The notes below the pieces were generated by a model that saw only the letters and a program-made list of their open reading frames with translations, did no database searches and was not told the DNA's origin. Below, one piece after another: positions 22,326 to 34,265 of a stretch of DNA of 64,000 bases; position 1 is the first letter of the stretch; each line of letters opens with the position of its first letter. A program made the position numbers and the translations under genes. The stretch is taken from positions 1 to 64,000 of the forward strand of contig BLSG01000325.1 of the NCBI GenBank assembly GCA_012862495.1, written 5' to 3'. Source of the DNA: Thraustochytrium aureum (Eukaryota).

Positions 22326-25300
22326 TCAAGCCCGCGCCTTGCACGACTTGGTCCTGGCGTTGAACTGGCACCGCGAGCGGCGCGCGTTGCACAGCTTGCG
22401 CGAAGTAGAGAGGTCTGCGCACTTCAAGGCGCTTTGGTCCTCGCACGACTCGTTGACCCACACGCAGCCAGGTGTCCCAGAGCATCCGCCCTTGTACGAG
22501 TAGCGGTCACAGGTCCAGCTCGCCGCCTGCTCGGGCGTGACGCAGCGCGGTCTGACACGGCGCGAAGGGTCCGCAGGGTCGAGCGCTATCGCGCAGCGAC
22601 GAGTCGCTTCGCATGTGCGGAAGGTGAAGGCTTCGCAAGGGGCTGTTGCAACCGAGCGGCACGATCCGCTGGCCCAAACGCACGGCCCGTCGCCGACTTT
22701 CGCCCAGTCCTTGCTGCAGGACTTTGAAGCCAGGTACATCGAGCAGGTCCACCTTTCGTTCTCGCTTGCGGGAACACAGGCGTGCTTTGTGCTCCATGGC
22801 ACCGCGCGAAACGCGCACGCTCCGTCAGATTCGCTAGCGCAGGTTGTGCGCGATAGCGCAGCACAATCTGGCACGCCTGGCTCCGTTGGAGCTGTCCCGG
22901 GGATGCCTGTAGGGCTCTTGGTCGTCGGAGCTCGCGTTGTTGGGCTCTTGGTGGTTGGGCTCTTGGTCGTCGGAGCTCGCGTTGTTGGGCTCTTGGTCGT
23001 CGGGCTCGCGTTGTTGGGCTCTTGGTCGTCGGGGCTCGCGTTGTGGGCTCTTGGTGGTTGGGCTTGCTGTCGTCGGAGCTCGCGTTGTTGGGCTCTTGGT
23101 CTCGGGGCTCGCGTTGTTGGGCTCTTGGTCGTCGGGGCTCGCGTTGTCGGGCTCTTGGTGGTTGGACTTGCTGTCGTCGGGGCTCGCGTTGTCGGGCTCT
23201 TGGTCGTTGGACTTGCTGTCGTTGGACTTGCTGTCGTCGGAGCTCGTGTCGTTGGACTTGCTGTCGTCTCCGAGCCAGGCGGAATCGGCAAACTGGCAAG
23301 TTGTACACAATCACCCAAGTAACAGGCCTCGCCGGGCCCGCACGGCATGCCGACCCAAGGCTGCACACCCGAAAACCCAAAGCAAGAGTTGTCGGACAGC
23401 CTACACGAAAGCGCCCTGCACGATTTCGAAAAAGGACAGCCGCCTCTGCCGATCGTGCCGCATTGGATGTTGTTGGAGCGACAAATCCCGTCATAGCACA
23501 TCCCGGTCGAATCGCAAACCTCGCCGGTCCCACTTCGAATATCCTTGGGACACGACGCGCTGCGCCCGTCACACACTTCGACTTTGTCGCACAGCACGTC
23601 CAAAGATGGACGGCACACAAAGTTTTCGCTCGCGCTTCGTGGCTGGCATTTGGTCACATCACAGCACTCGTCATTGGCGGAACACGTTGCGCCCGTTTTG
23701 AGCCTGCAAGTGCCCGAGCTGCACTCGCAGCATGGGTTGTACCTTTCGCAATCGCCCAGCAGGCAGTCGCACTCCTCGCTGGACTCCTTGAGGCCGTTGT
23801 TGGCAATTGCGGGTGCACCAGGCAAAGGCTCCTCAACCACTGCGCTGCATGCACCGAAGCCACCTCGCACAATTCCGTCAAAGGTTTGGCGGGAGCAGGA
23901 GGACCAGGCCCGATTCGGCACAGGGGTGCGCGACATGACGTACGAGGTATCGACGCATCCAGAAGGGTACCCGGGGAACGAGTTGTCGGTGTGGCCGAGC
24001 CCCAAGGCGTGCCCAAGCTNNNNNNNNNNNNNNNNNNNNNNNNNNNNNNNNNNNNNNNNNNNNNNNNNNNNNNNNNNNNNNNNNNNNNNNNNNNNNNNNN
24101 NNNNNNNNNNNNNNNNNNNNNNNNNNNNNNNNNNNNNNNNNNNNNNNNNNNNNNNNNNNNNNNNNNNNNNNNNNNNNNNNNNNNNNNNNNNNNNNNNNNN
24201 NNNNNNNNNNNNNNNNNNNNNNNNNNNNNNNNNNNNNNNNNNNNNNNNNNNNNNNNNNNNNNNNNNNNNNNNNNNNNNNNNNNNNNNNNNNNNNNNNNNN
24301 NNNNNNNNNNNNNNNNNNNNNNNNNNNNNNNNNNNNNNNNNNNNNNNNNNNNNNNNNNNNNNNNNNNNNNNNNNNNNNNNNNNNNNNNNNNNATGTCCGT
24401 CCGCCAGCGCTTGAGAGTTCTCTGCCAGAAAGCACGTGCACCAAGTCCGGAGCAGGCGCCCACGGAGCGACCGTCTGCACACCGCCCCTGGCAACCCAGG
24501 CCGAAGTCTCCTCCAGCAAACGAAAAGCGTCAATGCCCTGCGCATCGCCCACCTCCACAACCGGCCAAGGCTCGTCCGACTCGAACGACACGATGCCCTG
24601 AAGGTGGAGTTGCACGTCCACCTCCTCCGAAATCTCGGCCATCTTCTGGGACGACAGGGCAGCCAGGTATAGGGCGCTAGACTCTGCCGCAGCCAAACCG
24701 TTTTGCATCGTTTTCGCCTTGTCGTTTACCACAACGAGCTCGATGCGCCTGGACAGCTTGGCGGACCGAGGAGCCGCATTGCTGGCCAAAGCGCGACCGC
24801 TTCTTCGGAAAGTAATGTTGTGCGCTGAAAGAGCAATGTTGCTTTCGTTCTCGCCGGCGGCGTTGCCGCACACGCCCCCGTCCTCGGCGAGGTCTCGCCC
24901 ACGAAACGCGATGTGTGCTTCACCGTGGGGCTGGATGTGCAGAGTGTCGCCATCGCTCGTTCCCACCTGGCCGCGGACCTGGCCGCCGCAAAAGCTTATC
25001 AGAGCGCTCTCGCCGCGCTCTGTCTTGCCTGAAAACAAGCAGTCCGTTTTGACACGAGTTGTCCGCAGCGGCTCGCCGTCGCCTGCGACCACCGTGTGCT
25101 TGACATTCGTTCCGCCGAGGCTCCCGGGGAACGGCACAAGAGCGATTTGGTAGGTCTGGCCGAGCGCATGCAGAGTGAAGGGTTGCGTGGCACTTTGTTG
25201 TTGAAGAGAGCGAAGGTGCTGGGGCTCTGGCACATGGACGTTGACGAACTCGTATGAGCCCAAGTTACTGGAGCAAGCCATCGCCTGCTCGAGCGTTGAC

Positions 25301-25360
25301 TCTAGCTAGAGTGGTGGCGCACGCGAGGACTAGCGAACAGAGCCGGGTACAACGCTTCAT
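22326..25360 (-). CDS. Second ADAM-like M12B metalloprotease with disintegrin, mucin-like PTT(K/R/A)(S/A) stalk and Cys-repeat tail (gap, frameshifts)
   Basis: Signal MKRCTRLCSLVLACATTLA; one extra C near 25270; prodomain homologous to the neighbour (TDCLFSGKT..FCGG); LGHALGLGH after the gap, YVM, EECDC, CDKVEVCDG; C-terminal domain aligns with the first ADAM. Confidence 0.88.
22905..23268 (-). repeat. 15-bp coding tandem repeat (PTTKS/PTTRA/PTTAS mucin-like stalk)
   Basis: Over 20 units such as CCAACAACGCGAGCT / CCGACGACCAAGAGC; contains internally compensating indels. Confidence 0.9.
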
Positions 25361-26434
25361 TTTGCCTGTCGGCCTGCCGCTGTGCTGATTGGCGCTTGCC
25401 GCCTTGCCTCGCCCAGGGGATTTCGAAACCGCACAGAGCTCCAACATTCAGGAACTGCGAGCTCGACAATGAAGGTGCGAGCTGTGAGCTCGCCAGTGAA
25501 GGTGCGAGCCCGACCGTGAATGTGATCTGATGACCCTCTGTGAGTTGTTCCAACAAACAGGTTGATGTTGCGAACTTGCGTCTAGGTTTTGGTGTGAACG
25601 TGCCGCGGTTGGGACTCGAGAAAATGAGGGGTCTTTCTTGCAGCAGGCAGGCAGGCGGTTACCTCTAGCTAGCTAGAGAGTACTACTCTGCACACCACCG
25701 GTATTGACCCGGAGATGGAACCACGGAGGAGGCAGACGTGGTCGTGCGCACGACCACGAGTCTCTCTGCAGAAGAAAACAAGCCGGACCAGCAGCTGCAC
25801 CTTCATGGGGCAGACGCGCCCAGATGCTGCTGGGGGGCTCTGTCCCTCCTTTTTTTGATGTTGAATTGAGAGGGAGGTCAAGGCCAAGGTCAACCGCACA
25901 ATTGACCAACCCGACAACCCCGAGTCCCGACTTGCTGAGGATCAACGGTCTCATCAGGCAGGCATGGTGACTTCGAGGCTGTTCCAAGCGAGCTCCAAGG
26001 AACACGACAAACTTCTGGAGCCTACCGTGACTCCCGTCTGCCTTCAAGGTTGAGGGTTTGGAATACCTCGCGTTGTAGGCTTCCATTCTTGCTGCGGACT
26101 GCACCACGGTGAGCCACGCGCGCCATCACCTCGCACCAGTGACGAGTATTCGAGCAGCGACGGCCCGCAACTCCGTCTGTTGCAGCAAGCGACCGACCGT
26201 CCTGCCGAGCACCAGCGACATGAAGGCAGGCGCGAGTCACAAGAGCTCGCAATTGCTTGCCACCACACGCCGGCGCCACGCGGTGCAAAAAGCAGACACA
26301 AGCCACAAGAGCGAGCGAGCGCTTGCGGGAGCTCGTCACAGCGAGACCCAAGGACTTTGATAGCAAAGCATTGGAAGAGAAAGGGCCTATCTATAGATGG
26401 GGTTGGTTTGCAGAAGCTAGCGCTCTCGGGTCGC

Positions 26435-26553
26435 TTAGCCTCTGATCTTGCCAAAGATGTGGAGCAGCACAACGAATCCGATAAACAACAAGCTCACCAT
26501 GAGCACCATGGTCGGGCCGATTTTGAGCCCGGGCGCATCATCCGTGTAAACCG
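26435..26553 (-). CDS. SEC61B: Sec61 translocon beta subunit, C-terminal part (5' end in gap)
   Basis: Reverse strand reads [37 protein letters not shown], the conserved Sec61-beta/Sbh1 tail. Absent from the ORF track. Confidence 0.93.
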
Positions 26554-26913
26554 NNNNNNNNNNNNNNNNNNNNNNNNNNNNNNNNNNNNNNNNNNNNNNN
26601 NNNNNNNNNNNNNNNNNNNNNNNNNNNNNNNNNNNNNNNNNNNNNNNNNNNNNNNNNNNNNNNNNNNNNNNNNNNNNNNNNNNNNNNNNNNNNNNNNNNN
26701 NNNNNNNNNNNNNNNNNNNNNNNNNNNNNNNNNNNNNNNNNNNNNNNNNNNNNNNNNNNNNNNNNNNNNNNNNNNNNNNNNNNNNNNNNNNNNNNNNNNN
26801 NNNNNNNNNNNNNNNNNNNNNNNNNNNNNNNNNNNNNNNNNNNNNNNNNNNNNNNNNNNNNNNNNNNNNNNNNNNNNNNNNNNNNNNNNNNNNNNNNNNN
26901 NNNNNCGCCCCTG

Positions 26914-26951
<38 letters not shown>

Positions 26952-27682
26952 TGCTGCGCTCGATGCTGCCAGTGCCGCTTGCAGGTGATGGTTGACTGAT
27001 CCTCTGGCAGGGCCGCCGCAAATCGCCACGCTGGAGCTCGCGAAAGCCACTTTACCCTAGTCTGACCCGCAGACGGGCCGGCCTCCGCTGTTATCGCGCA
27101 ACCCTACCTACCGGTACCTACCTACCTTCCGGACAGCCTGTACTCTCGCTAGCTCGAGTTCCAACTCAACCGGTGCGTTCTTTCGATTGAAACACGCCGA
27201 GGCGTTTGTGCTCTTGATCGACCGAGGGACAGTGTAGCGCCTGCTCCTGCTAGGCTGCAGCGAAGCGACGCTGCCGACTCTGCCATTGGACGCCCTCGCC
27301 TAACGGTCGACGACAAGGGCGTGTCTCCGTGCGCTGGCGTACCAGTCGCGTACTTGAGCCATCATGTGCCATTCGGGCGGGCTTGCTCGATGTGCTTCAC
27401 TAGCTCGTTGCTTTTCCGTTGCCTTGTTGCTTGGATTGCCCGCTCGCGACTCAGATCGAAGCTGGTTCTGGGCATTGGCAGATCGAGGACTCTCCAGAAC
27501 CAGAAGGCGCAACGGCAGACCCACATGGGCAATCCATGCTCTGCATGCTCAAGTACGGACCGATTCGCGAGCGCGCTGAGCAAGCCGCAGAGCCGCACGA
27601 TTGACTGGCGCATGCCAATACGGCACCACCGGTTTAGTCTTTGAGTACAGCATGAACAAGTGTGTTTCGTTTTGGAGCAAGT

Positions 27683-29567
27683 CTAGGCGACCGGGTCTGG
27701 CGCGGCGGCCTCGGAATCGAGCTCGGCAAGCGCCGCCTCGTACTCGGCCTTGGACAACTTCCCCTTGCGAAATCGTTTGAAGAGCGTCTCCTCGCGCGCC
27801 AGAGTGTCCCACTCGTCCTGAATGGCCCTTTGGCGCGACTGCTTGCGGCGCTTTGGCTGCTGCTCACGGGTGGCGCGGTCTTGCTCCTTGCGCTTCTTTT
27901 CTTGCACCTTGGCAAACCGCTCGCGGCGAAGCTCCTCAACCGTCTCTTTGAAACGGGCGAGCCGCTGCGCCTCGCGCCGCTTGTCCTTGTAGGGGATCTG
28001 CGCGACGCGCTCGGATGTCTCCTCCTCGAACCCAGAGATCCCTTTGCTTTCGCGCAGCTCGGCCATGTTGGGCACCCGCAGGAGCGCAAAAGAGCGCGCC
28101 GCGCGGGCCATGTCGAGGTCGACCAGGCGGAAAATAAACTGGCACTTGTGCTCCTTGTAAGAGCGCATAAACGCGACAAATGCACGAGTGCCGCGCTCGA
28201 GGAGGTCGCGATCCTGGAACTGGGCCGCACGCACCCTGCCAAGCGCGTCTGCGGTCCTCTTGTCCGCGGCAAGCGCCTCCGCGTCCTTGAACGGCTGGAT
28301 GGGCACCTTGCGCTGCTCGAGAAGGTTGATGTAGGCCGTCTCCTTTGGCAGAAGGAAGAGTAAGGCGTTCCCTGCGCGGCCTGCGCGCGCGGTGCGGCCC
28401 ACGCGGTGAACGAAAAAGCTTGGGTCTTGCGGCGGGTCGAACTGCACGATCCAGTCGACGTCGGGGATGTCGATGCCGCGCGCGGCCACGTCCGTGCACA
28501 GCAACACGCCGGTCGCCTTTGTCACAAAGGTATCATAGGTTAGCGAGCGCTTCTTTTGAACCATCTTGCCGTGCAGGCCGCGCACCTCGAGCGAGCAGCC
28601 CTCGCCCAGCGCTAGCGCGAGGGCGCGCTCAAAGAACGCTACGCTGGCGCACGTCGAGAGGAACACGAGGGTTTTGCCATTCTCATGCGCGCGGAGGAAG
28701 GCGCAGAGGCGCGCCAGCTTTTCATCCTGCTCGCAGACGAGGTAAAAATTGGCCAGAGATGTCGGTGTCGTCTGCTGGCCACGCGCGCGCACCTGCTGCT
28801 CGGCAGTCTGCTGCACTTTAACTGAGATGAGCGCCGGATTGCGAAGGCCCGCGCGGATGAGCGCGCGCACCTCCTTTGTCTGTGTCGCGGAGAACGACCT
28901 GTCCGCCGCTGCTTGGGGGCCTACTGAGGATGCTGGTTACGGTGCGCTCGAATCCCATGTCGAGGAGCACGTCCGCTTCGTCCAGGACAAGGGCCTCGAA
29001 CCGGCGAAAGTTGAGCGAGTCGCGCGCGCGGCTCATGATGTCGTCCAAGCGGCCGGGCGTACTGATGACAACGTCGACTGTGGTCTCGCTGACGCTTTCG
29101 ACGTCGTCGAGAACGGACGAGCCTCCGGTCAGCAAAAGCGTTTTGATTTCGACGGCTTTAGCCAAGGGCTGCGCAACGCGAAAGATTTGCTGCGACAGCT
29201 CGCGCGTTGGGCTGATGATGATAGCACTCCATTGACCAGGCTTGGCACGCCAGATGGCCCTTTCTTTCTTGGCTGCTTTTGTCGACACTGCATCGGTCGT
29301 GCCGGCTGCCTCGCTGTTGCCGCCCTCCTCACTTTTCGCGGCGGCGACCATCTCCTTGCGCGCGCGCAGCAGCATCTGGAAGACGGGCAGCAAGTAGGCG
29401 AGCGTCTTGCCAGACCCCGTGCAGGCCTCGACGGCCACGTCGCAGTGGCTCAAGAACTGCGGTATGGCAGCTTGCTGCACGGGCGTCCACTGCTTGAACC
29501 CGAGCTCTTCGTGGACGACTTTCAGCAGCCTCTCGTCCAGAACGTCGTCCGGCGCAGCGCCAGACAT
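27683..29567 (-). CDS. DDX55: DEAD-box RNA helicase DDX55/Spb4; two single-base deletions near 28896 and 28919
   Basis: Q motif [25 protein letters not shown], restorable [43 protein letters not shown], and Spb4-type C-terminal YKEH...IF and YKDKRRE. Confidence 0.93.
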
Positions 29568-30064
29568 GGCTCTGTCGAGGCCCTGCCCGCCTGCCCGCCG
29601 GCTCGCCTGGTCCAGCCCGCCTAGGCGTCCTTCGCCCTGTGAGCCGATCCGCCTGCCCTAGCCTAGCAAGACGTGCTCCGCCTGCTTGCACTGGCAGCGC
29701 AACGCGACAGCGTCAACACACTCGCGCGATGCTGTCGCGTGATGCTGTCGCGTTCGCCATGGCCAGTGGCCATTCCGCTCTCCGACCAACCCGTGTCCGT
29801 TGTCGTCACAGTCGCTCGCGGAGTACCTATACCTTCTCCCGAGTACGACAAGTTCGTTCGAGCGCCATGCGCGTGTGCGATCATGTGCGATGGATGGCTT
29901 TCTCGGGCGAGGGCGGTGCGGCCTTGCGGAGGTGGCCCTCGCCGGGCCGGGTGCCGTTGGCAGCGTAGACGAAGGACGTTTTCCTAAGTTCGAAAGAGAA
30001 TGCAATGCAACATGGTTTGTTCAACACATAGGGTCGACGCTGCGCCTCAAGCGCTTGCGCCAGT

Positions 30065-31242
30065 CTACTCTTCAGCCGCGGCGTTCTCCTCCTCCATGAG
30101 AAGCTCAATGCCCTTGTACAGAGCAGAGATGATCTCCTTCTCCTTGATGAAAAGGCGCGATGAGGGCGAGATGTCGACCGTGCCGTCCTTGCCGATCGGG
30201 GTGTGCTCGCCGCCGGTNNNNNNNNNNNNNNNNNNNNNNNNNNNNNNNNNNNNNNNNNNNNNNNNNNNNNNNNNNNNNNNNNNNNNNNNNNNNNNNNNNN
30301 NNNNNNNNNNNNNNNNNNNNNNNNNNNNNNNNNNNNNNNNNNNNNNNNNNNNNNNNNNNNNNNNNNNNNNNNNNNNNNNNNNNNNNNNNNNNNNNNNNNN
30401 NNNNNNNNNNNNNNNNNNNNNNNNNNNNNNNNNNNNNNNNNNNNNNNNNNNNNNNNNNNNNNNNNNNNNNNNNNNNNNNNNNNNNNNNNNNNNNNNNNNN
30501 NNNNNNNNNNNNNNNNNNNNNNNNNNNNNNNNNNNNNNNNNNNNNNNNNNNNNNNNNNNNNNNNNNNNNNNNNNNNNNNNNNNNNNNNNNNNNNNNNNNN
30601 NNNNNNNNNNNNNNNNNNNNNNNNNNNNNNNNNNNNNNNNNNNNNNNNNNNNNNNNNNNNNNNNNNNNNNNNNNNNNNNNNNNNNNNNNNNNNNNNNNNN
30701 NNNNNNNNNNNNNNNNNNNNNNNNNNNNNNNNNNNNNNNNNNNNNNNNNNNNNNNNNNNNNNNNNNNNNNNNNNNNNNNNNNNNNNNNNNNNNNNNNNNN
30801 NNNNNNNNNNNNNNNNNNNNNNNNNNNNNNNNNNNNNNNNNNNNNNNNNNNNNNNNNNNNNNNNNNNNNNNNNNNNNNNNNNNNNNNNNNNNNNNNNNNN
30901 NNNNNNNNNNNNNNNNNNNNNNNNNNNNNNNNNNNNNNNNTTCGGGCGTGTACGAGTTGAACAGCTCGCGCGTCAGGTACTTGACGCACCGGTTTCGGGG
31001 TTCTCGGCGCGCACCTTTTCGACCTTGTCGAGGTAGTCGTCCCACTTGCCCTTGGCGGGCTTGGCGGCGGCCTTGGCGACCACCTCCTCGGCCTTGGCCT
31101 TGAGGACCTCGGTGGCCTTCTCCTGGGCCTTCTCTTGGGCCTTCTCGGCGAGCTTGTCGCCAGCGGCGGCAACAAGGTCGCCGCTCGACATGTCGGCGGT
31201 CTTGGCCTTCAACTCGTCCATTTTGCTCTGGATGCACCCCAT
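30065..31242 (-). CDS. ATP:guanido phosphotransferase (phosphagen kinase; arginine/taurocyamine kinase-like); centre in gap, frameshift near 30994
   Basis: N-terminal NRCVKYLTRELF; C-terminal TGGEHTPIGKDGTVDISPSSRLFIKEKEIISALYKGI; N-terminus MGCIQS. Confidence 0.85.
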
Positions 31243-32412
31243 TTTGCCTCTTGTGTTTGTGGCGAAACCGACTGCTGCGTGCTCTGCTCACGATCAGGAG
31301 TGCGTGCGAAAGGGCGGTGCCTGCCGAGCTTGTCCTGTCCTGTCCTGTCCTGTCCTGTTTTCTTGCCGTGCGTGTAGCTGCTCGTTCAGGGTCTGCTGCG
31401 CGTCCTGCTCGCGGTCCGTCGTCTTCGTCGAGCTGGCCGCGTCTGTGCGGCCGGGTAAGGGAGGAAGAGAGGGAGCGAGAGAGAGGGGGCGGGAGGGAGG
31501 GAGTTCACACCGTTGCCCACTTCCATTTCGAATCACGCAGCCACCTTCTTCGGATGCAGGATGGTGCCAAGGGGCCAAAACGCCACCATGGATTCAGAGG
31601 GAGCGACAACACTTGCGCAGCCGAATTGCCACCCGCCGCCGCACTGCAAGGCGAGGCAACACCCGCCTCAGGCTCGCGAGCAACGACTCGGAGGTGCACG
31701 GCCTGCGAGTCCTGGTTGATTCGTTTGGATTTCTCGTGACAGGTTCGCGTGTTAGCGCGTGAGAGAGTGAGGAGCAAACGCTGCCATCTGCTGCTGCTGC
31801 TGCTGCCATCCAAACAAGGCAAAGGCCACTCGCAGCCAAGCCGGAGCCAGCCTGCGCGCGCGGTCTGTTGTGCAGAGCAAGTACAGAGCTTGCCCAGCCA
31901 ACCCTGCACACACCCCGCACAAGCGCACGCGCAACGGTTCGAACAAGGATCAAGCAGCTCTGCGTCCTTGCTCCTCTCCTTCCCCGGTGCATTTCGCAAT
32001 TGAAAAATTGAAATGGTTTGCTTGCAAGTGAATGAGTGTGCACACCGGCAGCGAACGATGCGAACAGCGGCACCCTTGAGATGGTGTGCGCCGGACGAGC
32101 GCGTTCTTTGTTCGTTATTCATTGCGCGGCACGTCAAGGATTGCCCGACGAGAGAAATGCGAGAAATGCTCCAGGCGTGCTCCATGCCTGTCAGAGTCGT
32201 GCTCCGTGTCGAGTCCATGTCGTGTCCTTGTCGCATGTCGTGTGGTGTCGTGCGAGAGACGGTGGTGCGGCAGGGCTCATCAGGAGATGGCCAAGTGAAA
32301 TCCCAGGAAACCTAACCGTTTGAAGAACGCATTTCATGTGCGTTGCACACGCCTCGCTTAGTGTGCTTGCAGAAAGGCACGTGCTCGACCCTCCAATCTC
32401 CGCGCCGCATCC

Positions 32413-32449
32413 CGCTGCTGCTGCTGCTGCTGCCCCAGCTGCTGCTCCA

Positions 32450-32485
<36 letters not shown>

Positions 32486-32492
32486 GCTGCTG
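32413..32492. repeat. (CTG)n trinucleotide tract
   Basis: Interrupted CTG run upstream of PFK-2; shorter CTG runs also occur near 26915-26955 and 31787-31805. Confidence 0.85.
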
Positions 32493-32674
32493 CTTGTGTA
32501 TCGGTTCGAGCCGGATCGCGTGCGCCAGAGCGCCTCTAGCCGGCCTCGCCCCGCAACCTCTCGCGGCCGCCCACCACTGCGCGCTGCGGCACGTGGCTAT
32601 CGTCAAGCACAAGCGAGCGAGCGAGCGAGCCTGCAGTGCGCTGCAGGACACCGCCGTGGACGCGGCAGTCGAGG

Positions 32675-34265
32675 ATGAAACTGTTCGGCAAACTGCGCAA
32701 GAAGAGTCGCTCCTCACGGGCGCCCTCGGCGCCGGCTGGAGACGCAGCAAACGACGGTGACGGGACGCGCACCAGGGCCGCCGACGCGAAAGGCAGTAGT
32801 GGGCAAGGCGGTGGGCGGGCAGACCGTAGCGAGAGCCAGGTCCCCGTATCTGACGCAAGCCTGTACGAGCGGCGCGAGTCAGTGGACGTTGGATCGAATC
32901 GAAACGTCATGCACACGCCGGGCGGGACGCAGCGCCTGATCCCGCGCAACCTGGCCAACCTGGCCGGAACCCCGCTCTGCTTGGTGATGGTGGGGCTCCC
33001 CGCGCGCGGCAAGTCATACATCACCCAAAAGCTGGTCCGGTACCTCATTTGGCGTGGGTTCACTTGCAAGGAGTTCAACGCCGGGAACAAGCGGCGCGAG
33101 CTGATGGACGGCGGGGGCCAGACCGCCGACTTCTTCTCGGGCGAGTCCACGGCGCGCGAGGAAATCGCCAAGCTCACCTTTGACGACCTTGCGGACTGGC
33201 TCAGGCAAGGCGGCCACGTGGCCGTGTTTGACGCCACAAACACGACCTGCAACCGGCGCGCCAAGGTGGTCAGCTGGTGCCGCGAGGCGGGACTCCCCAG
33301 CCCGATCTTCGTCGAGTCGATTTGCGACGATGAGGCCATCTTGGAGGTCAACTACCGGCTCAAGCTCCGCAACGCCGACTACCGCGGGATGGACCCGCGG
33401 CTCGCTCTCGAGGACTTTTTGAAACGCGTGCGCGAGTACGAAGCCGTCTACGAGCCCGTGGGCCACGACGCGGAGGGCGACGGCGTATCGTACATCAAGC
33501 TCTTCAACGTGGGCCAAAAGGTCGTCGTCAATCGCTGCTATGGCTTCTTGGTGAGCCAGATCGTCACAATCCTGCAAAACTTTCACATCAACAACCGCCG
33601 GATTTACCTTACGCGCCACGGCGAGTCGGAGGACAACGTGCTCGGCCGCATCGGCGGGGACTCGCCCCTGACACCGCGCGGCAAGGAATACGCGCGTCGC
33701 CTGGCCAACTTTATCCGCGATGCGCGCGAGGCCCAATCGGAACGCGACGATGAGGTCTCGCGCCGCGCCGGCGACGACTCCAGCGAGCGTCTCATGGTGG
33801 CCACCAGCATGTTGCGCCGCGCTCTGCAGACCATTGAGCCGTTCAAAAAGGCCTGTGGGGAGGACACGCACTTTCTGCACACGAACCAGCTCAATGAGAT
33901 CAACGCAGGGCTCTGTGAAGGCAAAACGTACGAGGAGATTCGCGCCGAACGACCCAAAGAGTTTGAAGAGCGCCAGCGGAATAAACTCGTTTTCCGCTAC
34001 CCGCTGGGCGAGTCGTACGTCGACGTGATCAACCGGCTCAACCCGCTCGTTGTCGATATGGAGCGCTTGCGCTACGATGTGCTCATCGTGTCCCACCAAG
34101 CCTGTATCCGGGCGCTCATGGGGTACTTTTTGGGCACACCCGCCCAATGAGGTCCCGCTTTTGGAGGTCCCATTGCATTGCGTCCTCGAGCTCGCGCCCG
34201 GGGCTTACAAGGCGCGTGTCATCGTGCATGACCTTTTCGAAGGGGAGGGCAAGCCGTCGTTTTGA
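32675..34265 (+). CDS. Bifunctional 6-phosphofructo-2-kinase/fructose-2,6-bisphosphatase; frameshift near 34140
   Basis: MVGLPARGKSY P-loop, FNAGNKRR, FDATN, ESICDD, RHGES, LNEINAG, RYPLGESY and SHQA. Removing one C gives the conserved PNEVPLLEVPLHCVLEL ending. Confidence 0.95.

Noticed and set aside
27683..29567. DDX55 and other frameshifted genes as pseudogenes
   Set aside because: All catalytic motifs are intact with no accumulated stops; isolated indels fit sequencing error.
30065..31291. ORFs made long by runs of X
   Set aside because: Their lengths are artefacts of N gaps; only the flanking sequence was interpreted.
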